Made by a program: the position numbers and the translations under genes. Source: Bdellovibrionota bacterium (lineage in GTDB: Bacteria; Bdellovibrionota_C; UBA2361; CALJRW01). From it: a DNA stretch of 64,000 bases. This document shows positions 1 to 9,902 of the stretch, piece after piece. How positions within the stretch are numbered: the first letter of the stretch is position 1; each line of letters opens with the position of its first letter. Location: positions 160,001 through 224,000 of the forward strand of contig JBGSMD010000016.1 of the NCBI GenBank assembly GCA_041740355.1, in the 5' to 3' direction. The notes beneath the pieces were generated by a model. The model was given only the letters and a program-made list of their open reading frames with translations, did not search any database and was not told the origin of the DNA.

Positions 1-213
1 GATGGTAAGCTTATAGAAACTAAATACATTTATTTCTCTCAAGAACAATGGGGCGACAATAATAATCTTGCCATTATCAAAACTGCTGAAAATTTAAATC
101 TACCAGTAATTAGTATCTTAGCCATTCAACAAACTATCGCCCTAACAAATCTTAACCAATCTGAATTCATTCAATTTATTAGGGAAAATGTACCTGATGT
201 TTTATTACAATGA
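1..213 (+). CDS. Partial hypothetical ORF entering from the window edge (DGKLIETK...ENVPDVLLQ*)
   Basis: Frame 1 is open from base 1 to TGA at 211-213. It overlaps the next ORF, so the two may be one frameshifted gene. Confidence 0.5.
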   Translation, partial: DGKLIETKYIYFSQEQWGDNNNLAIIKTAENLNLPVISILAIQQTIALTNLNQSEFIQFIRENVPDVLLQ

Positions 214-487
214 TCATTTGGAACTTATCAGGAAATTGGATCCCCTTGAAAATAAAAAGGCTCTTAATAAGCTAAGAGCTTCAGCTAAACAAATCATAAA
301 TTTTTATCAGCAGAACTGGTCAGCATTTAGTCTGAATGCTGTAAGGCTTGATATAAAAAGTTTAATTATTAACCTTAATAAATCTACTCGTGAGGCTACT
401 TCTGGCGATCAAAGTAAATTAGGTAAAATAAAAAAGACCCAAAGGACAATTATTAAGAAGGTTCAAGTGGCTATTAAAGATTTATAA
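188..487 (+). CDS. Hypothetical Lys/Arg-rich helical protein, possibly the frameshifted C-terminus of the preceding ORF
   Basis: 99-aa ORF of basic amphipathic sequence that overlaps the upstream ORF by 26 nt. Confidence 0.45.
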   Translation: MYLMFYYNDHLELIRKLDPLENKKALNKLRASAKQIINFYQQNWSAFSLNAVRLDIKSLIINLNKSTREATSGDQSKLGKIKKTQRTIIKKVQVAIKDL

Positions 488-590
488 TATAGTAAACTCA
501 AGAGTGAGTTTCCAATAAACCAATTCGAAATTCCTTTGGGTTGAATATCTTTGTTGTTATTTTCATTCAAACCTAGATACTTGACCGCTG

Positions 591-621
591 ACTTGTCCGC
601 CGTAGCTTCAGCGAAGGTGGA
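591..621 (+). repeat. REP-like palindromic repeat family A, copy 1
   Basis: acttgtccgccgtagcttcagcgaaggtgga. Imperfect hairpin (tccgcc/ggtgga, gct/agc); related copies at 23268, 24966 and 27181. Confidence 0.8.
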
Positions 622-781
622 AGGTTCAGCATTAGAGGAAGCGAAAGTAAATAAAGGATTAGAAAAAGCCGCTAATATTAATTTTTTATAAAATCAATAT
701 TCAAAGAGAGTCCAAAAGTAATTTAACTAAGGAAATTCTTTTTTTCCAAATAATCTTAAGTTTCATTCAGAACTGGCGTTG

Positions 782-1861
782 TTAGTGCCCCAACTCCTCT
801 TTAGAATCTTTTAATAGTTCTTCAAATCTTAATTTATCCCCCGCTTTCATATAAGCTTCATTCACCGAAATAACGCCTTTAGTTGCTAAATCCCAAAGGA
901 CATCATCCATAAACTGCATACCCTGCAGCTTTCCTTGTTGAATCACACCTTCGATTTGAGCAATCTTACCTTCTCTAATTAAATTTCCAAGACCCGAAGT
1001 TTCTAAGAGAATTTCATTTACAGCACAACGACCTTTGCCGTCCTTGGTTTTACATAAGAGCTGTGAAACAACTCCACGGAGCGAACTTGAAAGCATTACT
1101 CTAACTTGAGATTGTTGATCATGAGGAAATGTATCAATAATTCGATTAATTGTTTTTGCCGCAGAGTTAGTGTGTAACGTGCCAAAAACTAAGGTCCCCA
1201 TTTCCGCTGCAGTTAGAGCAAGTGCAATCGTTTCTTGATCGCGCATCTCACCCACCAATATCACATCCAAATCTTGTCTGGTTGACGTTTCCAGAGCATC
1301 GGCAAAGGAGTGACAATCAATCCCCACTTCTCTTTGTACGAAGACTGATTGTTTATTGGGATGAACAAACTCGATTGGCTCCTCAATTGTTAATATTTTT
1401 TTCTTTTGGTTTGTATTAATATAATCAATAATCGCAGCTAAAGTTGTCGACTTACCAGATCCTGTTGGACCCGTTACTAAAACTAGCCCACTCTTAAAAT
1501 TAGCAAAGGTTTTTAGAATAGGTGGGACTTTCAAGTCTTCCAGTGTCAAAATTTTCGTTGGAATGATCCTAAAAATACAGCCCATTCCACTATTTTGCAT
1601 ATAATAATTTGCTCGGAAACGAGCCAACTTTTCATAGGCATAGGCAAAATCCATATCACCAACATGGAGATATTTTTTCCATCTGTTTGGTTCGCAAATC
1701 TCTTGCATCATTCGACCTAAAATCTCCCCAGTTAAAATTTCCTCACCAATAGCTTGCATCGAACCATGCAATCTAGCTTTTGGTTTTTGACCCTCTGCTA
1801 AATGTAAATCAGAGCTACCCTCGGCAATTAATATTTTAAAATACTTATCTATTTCAGACAT
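782..1861 (-). CDS. pilT: Type IV pilus retraction ATPase PilT
   Basis: SDLHL, Walker A GPTGSGKST, TIEEPIE Asp box, Walker B ILVGEMRD, His box TLHTNSA, and NLIRE (AIRNLIRE-like) motif. Confidence 0.92.
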   Translation of the reverse strand: MSEIDKYFKILIAEGSSDLHLAEGQKPKARLHGSMQAIGEEILTGEILGRMMQEICEPNRWKKYLHVGDMDFAYAYEKLARFRANYYMQNSGMGCIFRIIPTKILTLEDLKVPPILKTFANFKSGLVLVTGPTGSGKSTTLAAIIDYINTNQKKKILTIEEPIEFVHPNKQSVFVQREVGIDCHSFADALETSTRQDLDVILVGEMRDQETIALALTAAEMGTLVFGTLHTNSAAKTINRIIDTFPHDQQSQVRVMLSSSLRGVVSQLLCKTKDGKGRCAVNEILLETSGLGNLIREGKIAQIEGVIQQGKLQGMQFMDDVLWDLATKGVISVNEAYMKAGDKLRFEELLKDSKEELGH

Positions 1862-2013
1862 AATATATTTGGAGTAAATTTAAAAAATCTCAGTGGAACA
1901 AAAATTAAACATACATAAATTCTAAATACTGACTTCAAGTTAATAATGCATAAGCAACATTTAACAAATGTTTCGTATTGGCAGTTATTAGTAAAAAATT
2001 TTGACAAACAATA

Positions 2014-3600
2014 TTACTTAACATCACTCATACTCTTACCAAGTTTACTGGGTTCTCGCGCGTATTCTCTAGCGATCGCCTCAGTAATTACACCCTGCTG
2101 CCATAATTGATAAATTGAATCATCCATCCGAATCATTCCATCACGAACACTAGTTTGCATAATATTATCCAACATAAATGTTTTACCTTCGATAATATTT
2201 TTTCTAACACTTACGTTATTTAACAAAACTTCAACTGCCAGGACTGTTCCATTTCCATCAGCTCGAGGAAGTAGTTGTTGACAAATTACACCTCTAATAC
2301 TTTCGGCAATCATCACACGAATTTGTCCTTGCTGTTTAGCTGGGAAAGCATCAATAATTCGATCTACTGTTCGGATGGCGGAAGTTGTATGTAAAGAGGC
2401 TAGAACTAGGTGTCCGGTCTCAGCAGCAGAAATTGACGCACTAATTGTATCTAGGTCTCGTAATTCTCCAACCATAATAATATCTGGGTCTTCCCTTAAA
2501 GCCCCTCTTAAGGCATTGGCATAACTCATAGTATTAATGCCCAGTGCCCTTTGAGTAACTTGCGAAAGTTTGGAACTATGCACGTACTCAATTGGGTCCT
2601 CCACTGTAATAATATGTTCCCTTCTTGTGGAATTAATTAAATCAATCATCGCGGCCAAAGTCGTCGTTTTTCCACACCCTTTCGAACCAGTTACCAGCAC
2701 CAGACCTTGATGGTACTCGGTTAATCGCTTAGCAACATTTGGTAGACCAAGACTATCGAAACTCGGGGATTGCTCGTTAATTATCCTAAATGTTCCAGAC
2801 CATCCATTAGAGCCTTGAATAATATTGGCTCGATAGCGCAAATTGTCCGGAGAAATAAGACAATAATCTAGCCCTAAATTTGATTTTATTTTTTCTAACT
2901 GTCTTTCTGATAAAATACTAAAAAGCATTTCCATTGATTCCTCAGCAGAAATTATTTTTTCACCTATTTTAATAATCTGACCATGTTTTCTAATAAATGG
3001 AAGGGTAGTTGGACTTAAATGAAAATCACTCGCTCCCTCATTACGCGCGTATTGAAGATACTCAATTAACTTAAGACCTAAACCCTTAGGCTTAGATATT
3101 GGATTAGGAATTAGCCCCGGACCTTCGATCTTATTTCGCTCCATTAGCTCGGCAGGCGCATTCTTGGCAGGTTCAACTTTGATTGGAGTAGATTTTAATT
3201 TTTCTTTTGATTCCTCAGGAATGTTTCTTTCTTGATCTTTGACGTCAAGCGCAAATTCGATTGTTACTGATTTCCTTGGTTCAATTTTATTAAATGAAAT
3301 TGGTTCTGTTGGTGCACTGAGTCCTGGGACATGCTCTAAATGTTCATCTACAATTTTAAATTCTTCCTTGGCAATGACTTTAATTAAGGGTTTAGTAAAG
3401 TTTTCTCCGTGATTTTGAATACCTAGAACTATTTTATCAATGATATCAGGTCTGATTTTATTTCTGGCACGTAATTCTGCAGGTAAACTTGTATTTGTAC
3501 CTTCCAACTGTTTAACAATCAGGTCCAAGATCTCCTGACTAACAAATTTATTGAGTAGAACAATCCGATAAAACTGCTTTTCCCCATCATCTAATGACAT
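2014..3600 (-). CDS. PilT/PilU-family ATPase with an ~175-aa N-terminal extension
   Basis: ASDFHL, GSKGCGKTT, TVEDPIE, LREDPDIIMVGELRD and AAETGHLV..SLHT motifs. Confidence 0.9.
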   Translation of the reverse strand: MSLDDGEKQFYRIVLLNKFVSQEILDLIVKQLEGTNTSLPAELRARNKIRPDIIDKIVLGIQNHGENFTKPLIKVIAKEEFKIVDEHLEHVPGLSAPTEPISFNKIEPRKSVTIEFALDVKDQERNIPEESKEKLKSTPIKVEPAKNAPAELMERNKIEGPGLIPNPISKPKGLGLKLIEYLQYARNEGASDFHLSPTTLPFIRKHGQIIKIGEKIISAEESMEMLFSILSERQLEKIKSNLGLDYCLISPDNLRYRANIIQGSNGWSGTFRIINEQSPSFDSLGLPNVAKRLTEYHQGLVLVTGSKGCGKTTTLAAMIDLINSTRREHIITVEDPIEYVHSSKLSQVTQRALGINTMSYANALRGALREDPDIIMVGELRDLDTISASISAAETGHLVLASLHTTSAIRTVDRIIDAFPAKQQGQIRVMIAESIRGVICQQLLPRADGNGTVLAVEVLLNNVSVRKNIIEGKTFMLDNIMQTSVRDGMIRMDDSIYQLWQQGVITEAIAREYAREPSKLGKSMSDVK

Positions 3601-3780
3601 GGGTAAGTATCTTTAACAACATACACTCTAATCGCCAATTCAAGGCTTTTACTTTAATTTTTTGTTAAAGGAATCTCGAACATAGAATTTGCCAAGCCCT
3701 TCGATAATTCAACTTTGGCTTTATTTGGTAATCAACTTTCTCAAAATTATTTCTAATTTCGCATGACAGAAATTGCTAGT

Positions 3781-3793
3781 GTCAAAATTTGAC
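3781..3793. promoter_or_regulatory. Palindromic candidate enhancer site for a sigma-54 activator (PilR-like)
   Basis: GTCAAA-A-TTTGAC perfect inverted repeat ~125 bp upstream of the predicted sigma-54 start site. A related half-site (tgacagaaattgc) lies at 3764. Confidence 0.55.
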
Positions 3794-3887
3794 CAGATAA
3801 ATTTGGAATAACTAGCTTAAATTTGCCATTAAAATATAAATTATAAACTATTAGAGTTCTCTTTATGTTTTGTATGACCTAAAAAGC

Positions 3888-3903
3888 TGGCACGATACTT
3901 GCA
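3888..3903 (+). promoter_or_regulatory. Sigma-54 (-24/-12) promoter of the mini-pilin ORF
   Basis: TGGCACG-ATAC-TTGCA matches the consensus TGGCACG-N4-TTGCW exactly, 40 nt before the ATG. Confidence 0.88.
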
Positions 3904-3943
3904 TGATTAAAATAGGTAGAATTTAAGCTTAAGCGTAGCTGAA

Positions 3944-4072
3944 ATGAAAAATAACAAATTTACATTAATAGAATTATTAGTAGCTGTAACAATTGTTGGA
4001 ATCTTAGGAGCTATTGCTATTCCTCACTTTGAGTCCTACTTAACAACTAAAAAGCAGTCTTCTAGTAATTAA
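3944..4072 (+). CDS. 42-aa type IV prepilin-like peptide, absent from the ORF track
   Basis: MKNNK-FTLIELLVAVTIVGILGAIAIPHFESYLTTKKQSSSN*. Type IVa N-terminal motif with F1, E5, P22, F24 and Y27; Lys instead of Gly at -1. Confidence 0.8.
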   Translation: MKNNKFTLIELLVAVTIVGILGAIAIPHFESYLTTKKQSSSN

Positions 4073-4143
4073 TCTAACTTGCCTTAAATCCCTTTTGGCA
4101 TTTGTCATACAAGAATGACATCTAACTTCGTAAATTATACCAA

Positions 4144-4845
4144 CTAATTAGTTAATTTTCCAGCTCGAGCAGCTCCCATTTGAGTTCGTAGTTGCGCTGC
4201 CCAAAAATCAAAAGACTCTTTAGCATCATTCCATCCTCCAAATTTAGAACGTAGTGCCTTTGTCCCAATACGCTTATCTACCGCTGCAGCTAAACGCCTT
4301 TCTGTAAATGAGTCACGAATATCAATTTCACACTGTGCTTCGCCAACAAAACTATCAGAACCTGTCACTACGCGTTTAAGTGAACTTAATGCTAAACCGA
4401 CAGGAAGAATAGTAGAAACTGTATTCATCATGACTTTGGAGCTGTCCGCATCAGTAATCGCCACTTTAATTCTCATTACATCTGGAGCAGGCGTTGCTAC
4501 TATTTTATAATCTTTTGCTAATTCGATATGAATTGCGGCAGTGAAATAATCAGCTAGCGCTTGTCTTTCCTCGTAACTTGCTTTGGATAATTTAGAATCT
4601 TTACTTGCATAGAAACTAACTGGATCAATAATTACTTTATTATACATTGACCACTGTGCCGATGGATGAACATACCTTAGTAATGCCTGGTCACTCTCTC
4701 CTGCTTTTAGCTGTGAGTAATCTCCAAGAAATCCAGACTTTTGCACAGAACGACTTTGGTGGGTAGTTGAACAGGCCAACAAGACTATAGAAAATAATCC
4801 AATAATTAGGACCTGAACAAGGGTGATTTTATTATTCATCTTCAT
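4144..4845 (-). CDS. DUF3313-family lipoprotein
   Basis: Lipobox LLAC; SGFLGDYSQL, AITD, DS.T..RLAAAVDKR and W.D...FDFWA motifs typical of DUF3313. Confidence 0.8.
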   Translation of the reverse strand: MKMNNKITLVQVLIIGLFSIVLLACSTTHQSRSVQKSGFLGDYSQLKAGESDQALLRYVHPSAQWSMYNKVIIDPVSFYASKDSKLSKASYEERQALADYFTAAIHIELAKDYKIVATPAPDVMRIKVAITDADSSKVMMNTVSTILPVGLALSSLKRVVTGSDSFVGEAQCEIDIRDSFTERRLAAAVDKRIGTKALRSKFGGWNDAKESFDFWAAQLRTQMGAARAGKLTN

Positions 4846-5349
4846 TTTTATTAATAAAACTCAAGGCAATATAATATACCTTAAAAAAACTTGCCCTGTC
4901 TATCAATTATTTTCTTGTAATCTAGCTAGCTAATTATGAAGAAATTAATCTAATTTACGAGGAAGTTAACATAGCTGAAATAAAGATTATCAAAGACTGA
5001 TGTAGATTAATGTTTTAAAAAAGCTAGTAATCTCAAGCTTAATAATTTTTTAGATCTGCGAACAATGAAAATTAATCTAGCTGAGTTTCTTCGGAACTAA
5101 TACTTATTAAGAGTTACTCAAGTCAGAGTATCCCTATCAGCTAACTTAATTCCAATTCTCAGAAACCATCTATCTATATTAATTTATTTTAGAAGTGTTT
5201 ACGGCCACACATAATTGTCCATTTGAAAAACTGATTATTAATCCAAAATGAAGTCTTGTTGAAATCATCAACACTTATTGGCTAAAGGTTACTAAGTAAA
5301 AAATTTAGGGTTATCAGATGGCTGCATGCCTTCAGGTAACTTTTACCCA

Positions 5350-5367
5350 GTATGATCTAAATCATAC
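5350..5367. promoter_or_regulatory. CRP/FNR-like palindromic operator upstream of the ice-binding-family gene
   Basis: GTATGAT-CTAA-ATCATAC perfect palindrome with a TGAT-N4-ATCA core, ~110 bp before the ATG. Confidence 0.45.
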
Positions 5368-5477
5368 GATCAAAAGCGATAAAATAATATATTATAAAAT
5401 TCTAAAAATAATTCTTACCTAATAAAACTTAGCATACTTTATTTTGACTCAAATTTAATCTGTAATCAATTTAATTT

Positions 5478-6851
5478 ATGAATAGTAAAATAATTACTCT
5501 AAGTCCTAGATACAAAATAAGTCTTTTGTTAATATTTATCGTTTTGATAGCATTACAATTAATTTCATTTTCGACTGTTTCTGCTCAGACCTGTCCTTCA
5601 ACATCCCCTTTGGAAAGTGCTCGGAACTTTGCCGCACTGGGTGGATCTGCCATCACCAACACTGGAAACACTACGATTATAGGAGATCTAGGTGTTAGTC
5701 CAAGTAGTACAATCACTGGATTATCAAGTGTTACTCAAGTTGGATCTGTACATCAAGCAGATGCAGTTGCTGCTCAAGCCCAAGTCGAGGTTACAACTCT
5801 TTATAATACTTTAAGTGTTTTACCATTTGATGCTGATTTAAGTGGGATTAATCTTGGAGGATTAGTTTTAACACCAGGGACTTATCGCTTTTCTTCTTCT
5901 GCCCAATTAACAGGCACTCTCACCTTAAACACACTGGGCGATCCAGATGCATCTTTCATCTTTCAAATTGGATCAACCTTAACTACCGCTAGTGGCTCTA
6001 TGGTTAATATTATAGGCAGCTCCAATGATAACATCTACTGGGCCGTAGGAAGTTCAGCAACTTTTGGAACAACCACAGCTTTTGCCGGTAATGTCCTTGC
6101 CCTTGCAAGTATTACATTAAATACTGGCGCTAGTATACAATGTGGTAGAGCATTTGCACGGACTGGTGCTGTGACATTAAATGCCGCTGAAATTGAGATC
6201 TGCGATCAGAGCTGTCTAGTTCCGGCATGTGGTGACGCTATCTTGCAGACAGGTGAACAATGTGACGATGGGAATGTTATTGATAATGATGCTTGTAGTA
6301 ACTCCTGTGTTATTCAAGTTCAAGATTGTGATGGAGTCTTTAATGGCTCAGCAGAAATTGATCACTGTGGAGTTTGTAATGGCGATGGCTATTCCTGTCT
6401 AACTTGTGTTGAAACTAATAATACTGCGCAACAATTAATACTTGACTCCTCCTCTCTTAAACTTAAGAGTCTAGTAATAAAATCCACCCGAGAGATAATG
6501 CAATTGGGTGGAAAAGTTCCAAGCTTAGTATCTTTTGTTAGACCTCTGCGTTTAGAAGCATCGGATTTATCACTACTCAACTGGCAATTTGCATGGTCGA
6601 TACCGACTCTTACACAAGATTGTAATCCTAGCCCATTTTGTTCTGAAGTTAGTTATTCAGACTTAAAAACAAGATTTATATTAAACGAAAGACGTCTTGC
6701 TCGTATTGTTAGTCGAGCGGTAACTAAACTTCAAGAGATTACCAATAATCCAAGATATGGGAATAGATATATTCGTGCTGCCAAAAGAGAAGTTCAACTT
6801 GCAATTGAAGCAAATAACCTAATTCCAGATAGTGATACCCAATGTATATAA
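5478..6851 (+). CDS. Secreted ice-binding-family (DUF3494) protein with Myxococcus-type Cys-rich repeat and basic C-terminal domain
   Basis: Signal peptide; FAALGGSAITNTG.T.I.GDLGVSP, LTPGTY, FIFQIGSTLTT, W.VGSSAT and GRAFARTGAVTL motifs; CGDAILQTGEQCDDGN and DHCGVCNGDG repeats. Confidence 0.9.
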   Translation: MNSKIITLSPRYKISLLLIFIVLIALQLISFSTVSAQTCPSTSPLESARNFAALGGSAITNTGNTTIIGDLGVSPSSTITGLSSVTQVGSVHQADAVAAQAQVEVTTLYNTLSVLPFDADLSGINLGGLVLTPGTYRFSSSAQLTGTLTLNTLGDPDASFIFQIGSTLTTASGSMVNIIGSSNDNIYWAVGSSATFGTTTAFAGNVLALASITLNTGASIQCGRAFARTGAVTLNAAEIEICDQSCLVPACGDAILQTGEQCDDGNVIDNDACSNSCVIQVQDCDGVFNGSAEIDHCGVCNGDGYSCLTCVETNNTAQQLILDSSSLKLKSLVIKSTREIMQLGGKVPSLVSFVRPLRLEASDLSLLNWQFAWSIPTLTQDCNPSPFCSEVSYSDLKTRFILNERRLARIVSRAVTKLQEITNNPRYGNRYIRAAKREVQLAIEANNLIPDSDTQCI

Positions 6852-6958
6852 TTTGAATTAATGGCTATCTTAGTTCAGTTTTTATTAGGCGGTTTAGAAG
6901 AAACGAAGATTAATATATTAACTAATACCTAAATCATCCAATGGTGAAAGATAGTAAC

Positions 6959-7010
6959 TACACAAGGCGACATTGAAAATTATAGATTCAACAATTAGTC
7001 GCCTAGTGTA
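6959..7010 (+). repeat. ~52-bp palindromic repeat family B, copy 1 (between convergent genes; may act as a terminator)
   Basis: tacacaaggcgac...gtcgcctagtgta hairpin; related to 9586-9635 (reverse strand) and 23128-23178. Confidence 0.65.
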
Positions 7011-7021
7011 TTATTGCAAAA

Positions 7022-7639
7022 TTATTTTACCAAAGGATTAATTGAAAGAGCTACAGCCTCGGCATAACTAATTAGAACAGTATCACCAACTTTTACCCGA
7101 GTAAGATTTTCAGGGATATTAACATTTAGAACTTGCTTAGATTTATTCGGCGTTAAGACAGTAACGGTGGCATTCTCCTGATCTATCGCTACAATAGTTA
7201 CAATAGTATTGAGGACAGAGGCAACTTCAACTCCCGGTGGTAAATCTAAATCAGTTTTTCCAGCAACTATGTCAAAGGTAGCTGGATTTGAGCGTTCTTT
7301 CTCTGTCACTGGACGAACTTCAAAGGCAAGGCTCTCGTAGTATTTTGCTTTGACCTGATCACCAACTTTAATTTCATTAAGACGCTTGATTTCATCAGAT
7401 ACTATAATCTTAGTTTCAGTTCCATTATGGCTTAACAAAACCACTTCTCTGGACTGATAATTAATTTTTTTGACTGTAGCGGTTGCCTCTATTAAGTCGG
7501 TTCGTTGTTGAACCAAAGGTCCCTTTGAGGAGCGAAGTAAGGTAGATTCAACTTTTGGTTCTGGTGGTGTTGAAACTGAAGTGCAAGCTGAAATTAATGT
7601 TGCTGCAATTAGTATCACAAAAGTAAATATTTTTTTCAT
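7022..7639 (-). CDS. Hypothetical lipoprotein with two repeated OB-like beta domains
   Basis: Lipobox ISAC; internal duplication (ATVKKIN..SREVVL...IKVGDQV...Y.E / VTIVAID..NATVTV...VKVGDTV...Y.E). Confidence 0.75.
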   Translation of the reverse strand: MKKIFTFVILIAATLISACTSVSTPPEPKVESTLLRSSKGPLVQQRTDLIEATATVKKINYQSREVVLLSHNGTETKIIVSDEIKRLNEIKVGDQVKAKYYESLAFEVRPVTEKERSNPATFDIVAGKTDLDLPPGVEVASVLNTIVTIVAIDQENATVTVLTPNKSKQVLNVNIPENLTRVKVGDTVLISYAEAVALSINPLVK

Positions 7640-7935
7640 TTTGTTTTTCCAAAGATTAAAAGGACTATAAATCTCTATTTAAAAACTAAAGATTTTTTCC
7701 ACGTGTACTTTAAAAGATAGTCATATAGTTGTAAACTAAAAATTTATTTCTTTACTGTCAATAAAAGAAAACCAAAGTACATTGTCTAATCTGATCGGCT
7801 ATCAATTATCATGACTCAGTTTAGAATATCGTAATCGATGTCCAAATTAATTATTTCATACAGCTAGTATGATTTACTTACTCAGGCTTTATTGAGAATC
7901 TAAATACTATTTAGGGAATAATTTATTGTTAAAAG

Positions 7936-9051
7936 CTATTCCTGATATGCTAATCCCATCAGTTGATCTAACTCAATCTTAATAGTTGGATCAAGGTGTG
8001 TTCCACCACTGCCTGTAAAACCATTAGTTACTAATTCTTTTAAAAGTTCAAAAGCATCTTTAGCTTCGTCACTACCTGGGTATTGTTTAATACATAGTTT
8101 AAGATACATCTCTGGAAGTTCATAAATAAAAAACATCGGCGTACGCGCATATATTAAACCTAAATAAAATAAGCTTTTTCGATTTTCTTCGGGAGTCATC
8201 TGACCACGTTCGTACATCTTATGAAAACCAGCTGCTGCTCTTAAAAGCTTTATTAAATTTATCTTTTCGTAAATTGGTTGGTTAGAAAGTAAAAGATCAG
8301 AGATTAAAGCTTTGTTTTCTGAAAACACTAAAGAGATTTGACCACCAACGTTTTTCCAATCCTCTAAGGATTTAATCCAAGCATGTAAATCTTGCAGTTC
8401 ATACTTGGAAATTTTAGGATTTTTTTTGATAAAATTATTTAATTTCTTAATTCCCAATTCTGGATTATGCATAACCCGAACAATTAAATCGATCCAACGG
8501 TTAAAGGCATAATTAAATCCATATTTTTGATAATCTGCTTGAGTAATAAATTCCCAGTAATATTTTTTAGCATCCACGTATTGCCTACTTGCTAATAAGA
8601 ACTCCGCTTTTTCAAAACTATTAAAATTTTGAGGGATATCACTGTCTTTAAAGGATATATCAACATGAAAATTCGCATGACAAGTTTGACAACTGGTGCT
8701 GATGGTTTTTAGTCGCCAAAGTGACCAGTCATCGCTAGAACCTGGAGTTTTAAGATTCGCTTGCACTTGATCTAGGGTGCTTAGTAATTGTTCCAAGTTA
8801 TCCTTAAACGCTGGAAGACTTGCTTGGTTCGGATAATCTTGGAAGTTATGGAGTGAACCTCTAAGTGAAGTCACAAGTTCGTATAATTTGATTCTTTCTG
8901 CCTCTGTTAAGCTGGACTTATCATTATTATGAATTATTTTTTGAATATCTTTAAAATTTTCATAAGCTTTAACCATCGGCCGTGGATCCTCTTCTGCTAA
9001 AAGTGTCAGAGAAGTTAGAGCTAAAATTAATATCAGAAAATAGCGATACAT
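7936..9051 (-). CDS. Exported monohaem c-type cytochrome with TPR-like helical region
   Basis: Signal peptide, one CQTCH haem motif, helical C-terminal half. Confidence 0.7.
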   Translation of the reverse strand: MYRYFLILILALTSLTLLAEEDPRPMVKAYENFKDIQKIIHNNDKSSLTEAERIKLYELVTSLRGSLHNFQDYPNQASLPAFKDNLEQLLSTLDQVQANLKTPGSSDDWSLWRLKTISTSCQTCHANFHVDISFKDSDIPQNFNSFEKAEFLLASRQYVDAKKYYWEFITQADYQKYGFNYAFNRWIDLIVRVMHNPELGIKKLNNFIKKNPKISKYELQDLHAWIKSLEDWKNVGGQISLVFSENKALISDLLLSNQPIYEKINLIKLLRAAAGFHKMYERGQMTPEENRKSLFYLGLIYARTPMFFIYELPEMYLKLCIKQYPGSDEAKDAFELLKELVTNGFTGSGGTHLDPTIKIELDQLMGLAYQE

Positions 9052-9585
9052 AATGGTATGAAAAATTAAAAAATGTTCATTAGAACCTAATTCTTTATTG
9101 CATTAATGAATATCAAAACAAAAAAAGAAATCTAAGGCTCTACCTATCATTTTGAGAATTATAAACTCAAGATAACGAGGTTTTTGTCTTGTATTCTAGG
9201 GCAAAAAAACGTCTTAGCTTTTATCTTGCTCGTCCACTGTCATTCATTTTTAGTCAAATATTAAGTTTATACTAAAACGACTGCGAAAAGCTAATCAAAA
9301 CAAGTCTTATTGATACTATAGCAGATATAAATAAAAGCGGGGAAATTTCTTTCTCATTTATAAAATTCTTTATGGTGAAAATATTTCCAAATATTCGCTA
9401 ACTTCCAATCATCCTCAAAACAGCTCTTAGAATAATTAACCCCGCGAAGAAAAACTGTAAAAAACCTTTTCATTTCACATACCAACTTAACATATGTTTT
9501 CTCCCAAGAAATTAATCAAATTTAAGTCGTATATTTCACTAGCATAACCTAGAGTCACCGCTAATAGATAGTTTTTGATTTATAT

Positions 9586-9635
9586 ATATTAGGCGACTAG
9601 ATAAAAAACGATAATTATCTAAGTGACCTAGTATA
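9586..9635 (-). repeat. ~52-bp palindromic repeat family B, copy 2
   Basis: The reverse complement tatactaggtcacttagataattatcgttttttatctagtcgcctaatata aligns with 6959-7010. Confidence 0.55.
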
Positions 9636-9710
9636 TTTAGATTAATTTGCTTGTGTGACAATGCTTAATGGACTATTATATCTATTAAGTTTGCTACAAT
9701 AGGCTATTCT

Positions 9711-9902
9711 ATGAAATGTAATGTCGGGAAAAATGATCGTGTCTTGCGAATAATAATTGGACTTCTAGTTTTATCAGCTGGATTAATGTTTAGTTCATGG
9801 TGGGGTTTAATTGGACTAGTTCCATTACTTACTGGGATCATGAAATGGTGTCCTGCTTACTGCCCATTAAATATTTCAACTTGTAGTACTGATAAGAAAT
9901 AA
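9711..9902 (+). CDS. DUF2892 (YgaP-like) small membrane protein
   Basis: NVG..DR.LR...G and WCPAY..L.ISTC signature. Confidence 0.9.
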   Translation: MKCNVGKNDRVLRIIIGLLVLSAGLMFSSWWGLIGLVPLLTGIMKWCPAYCPLNISTCSTDKK

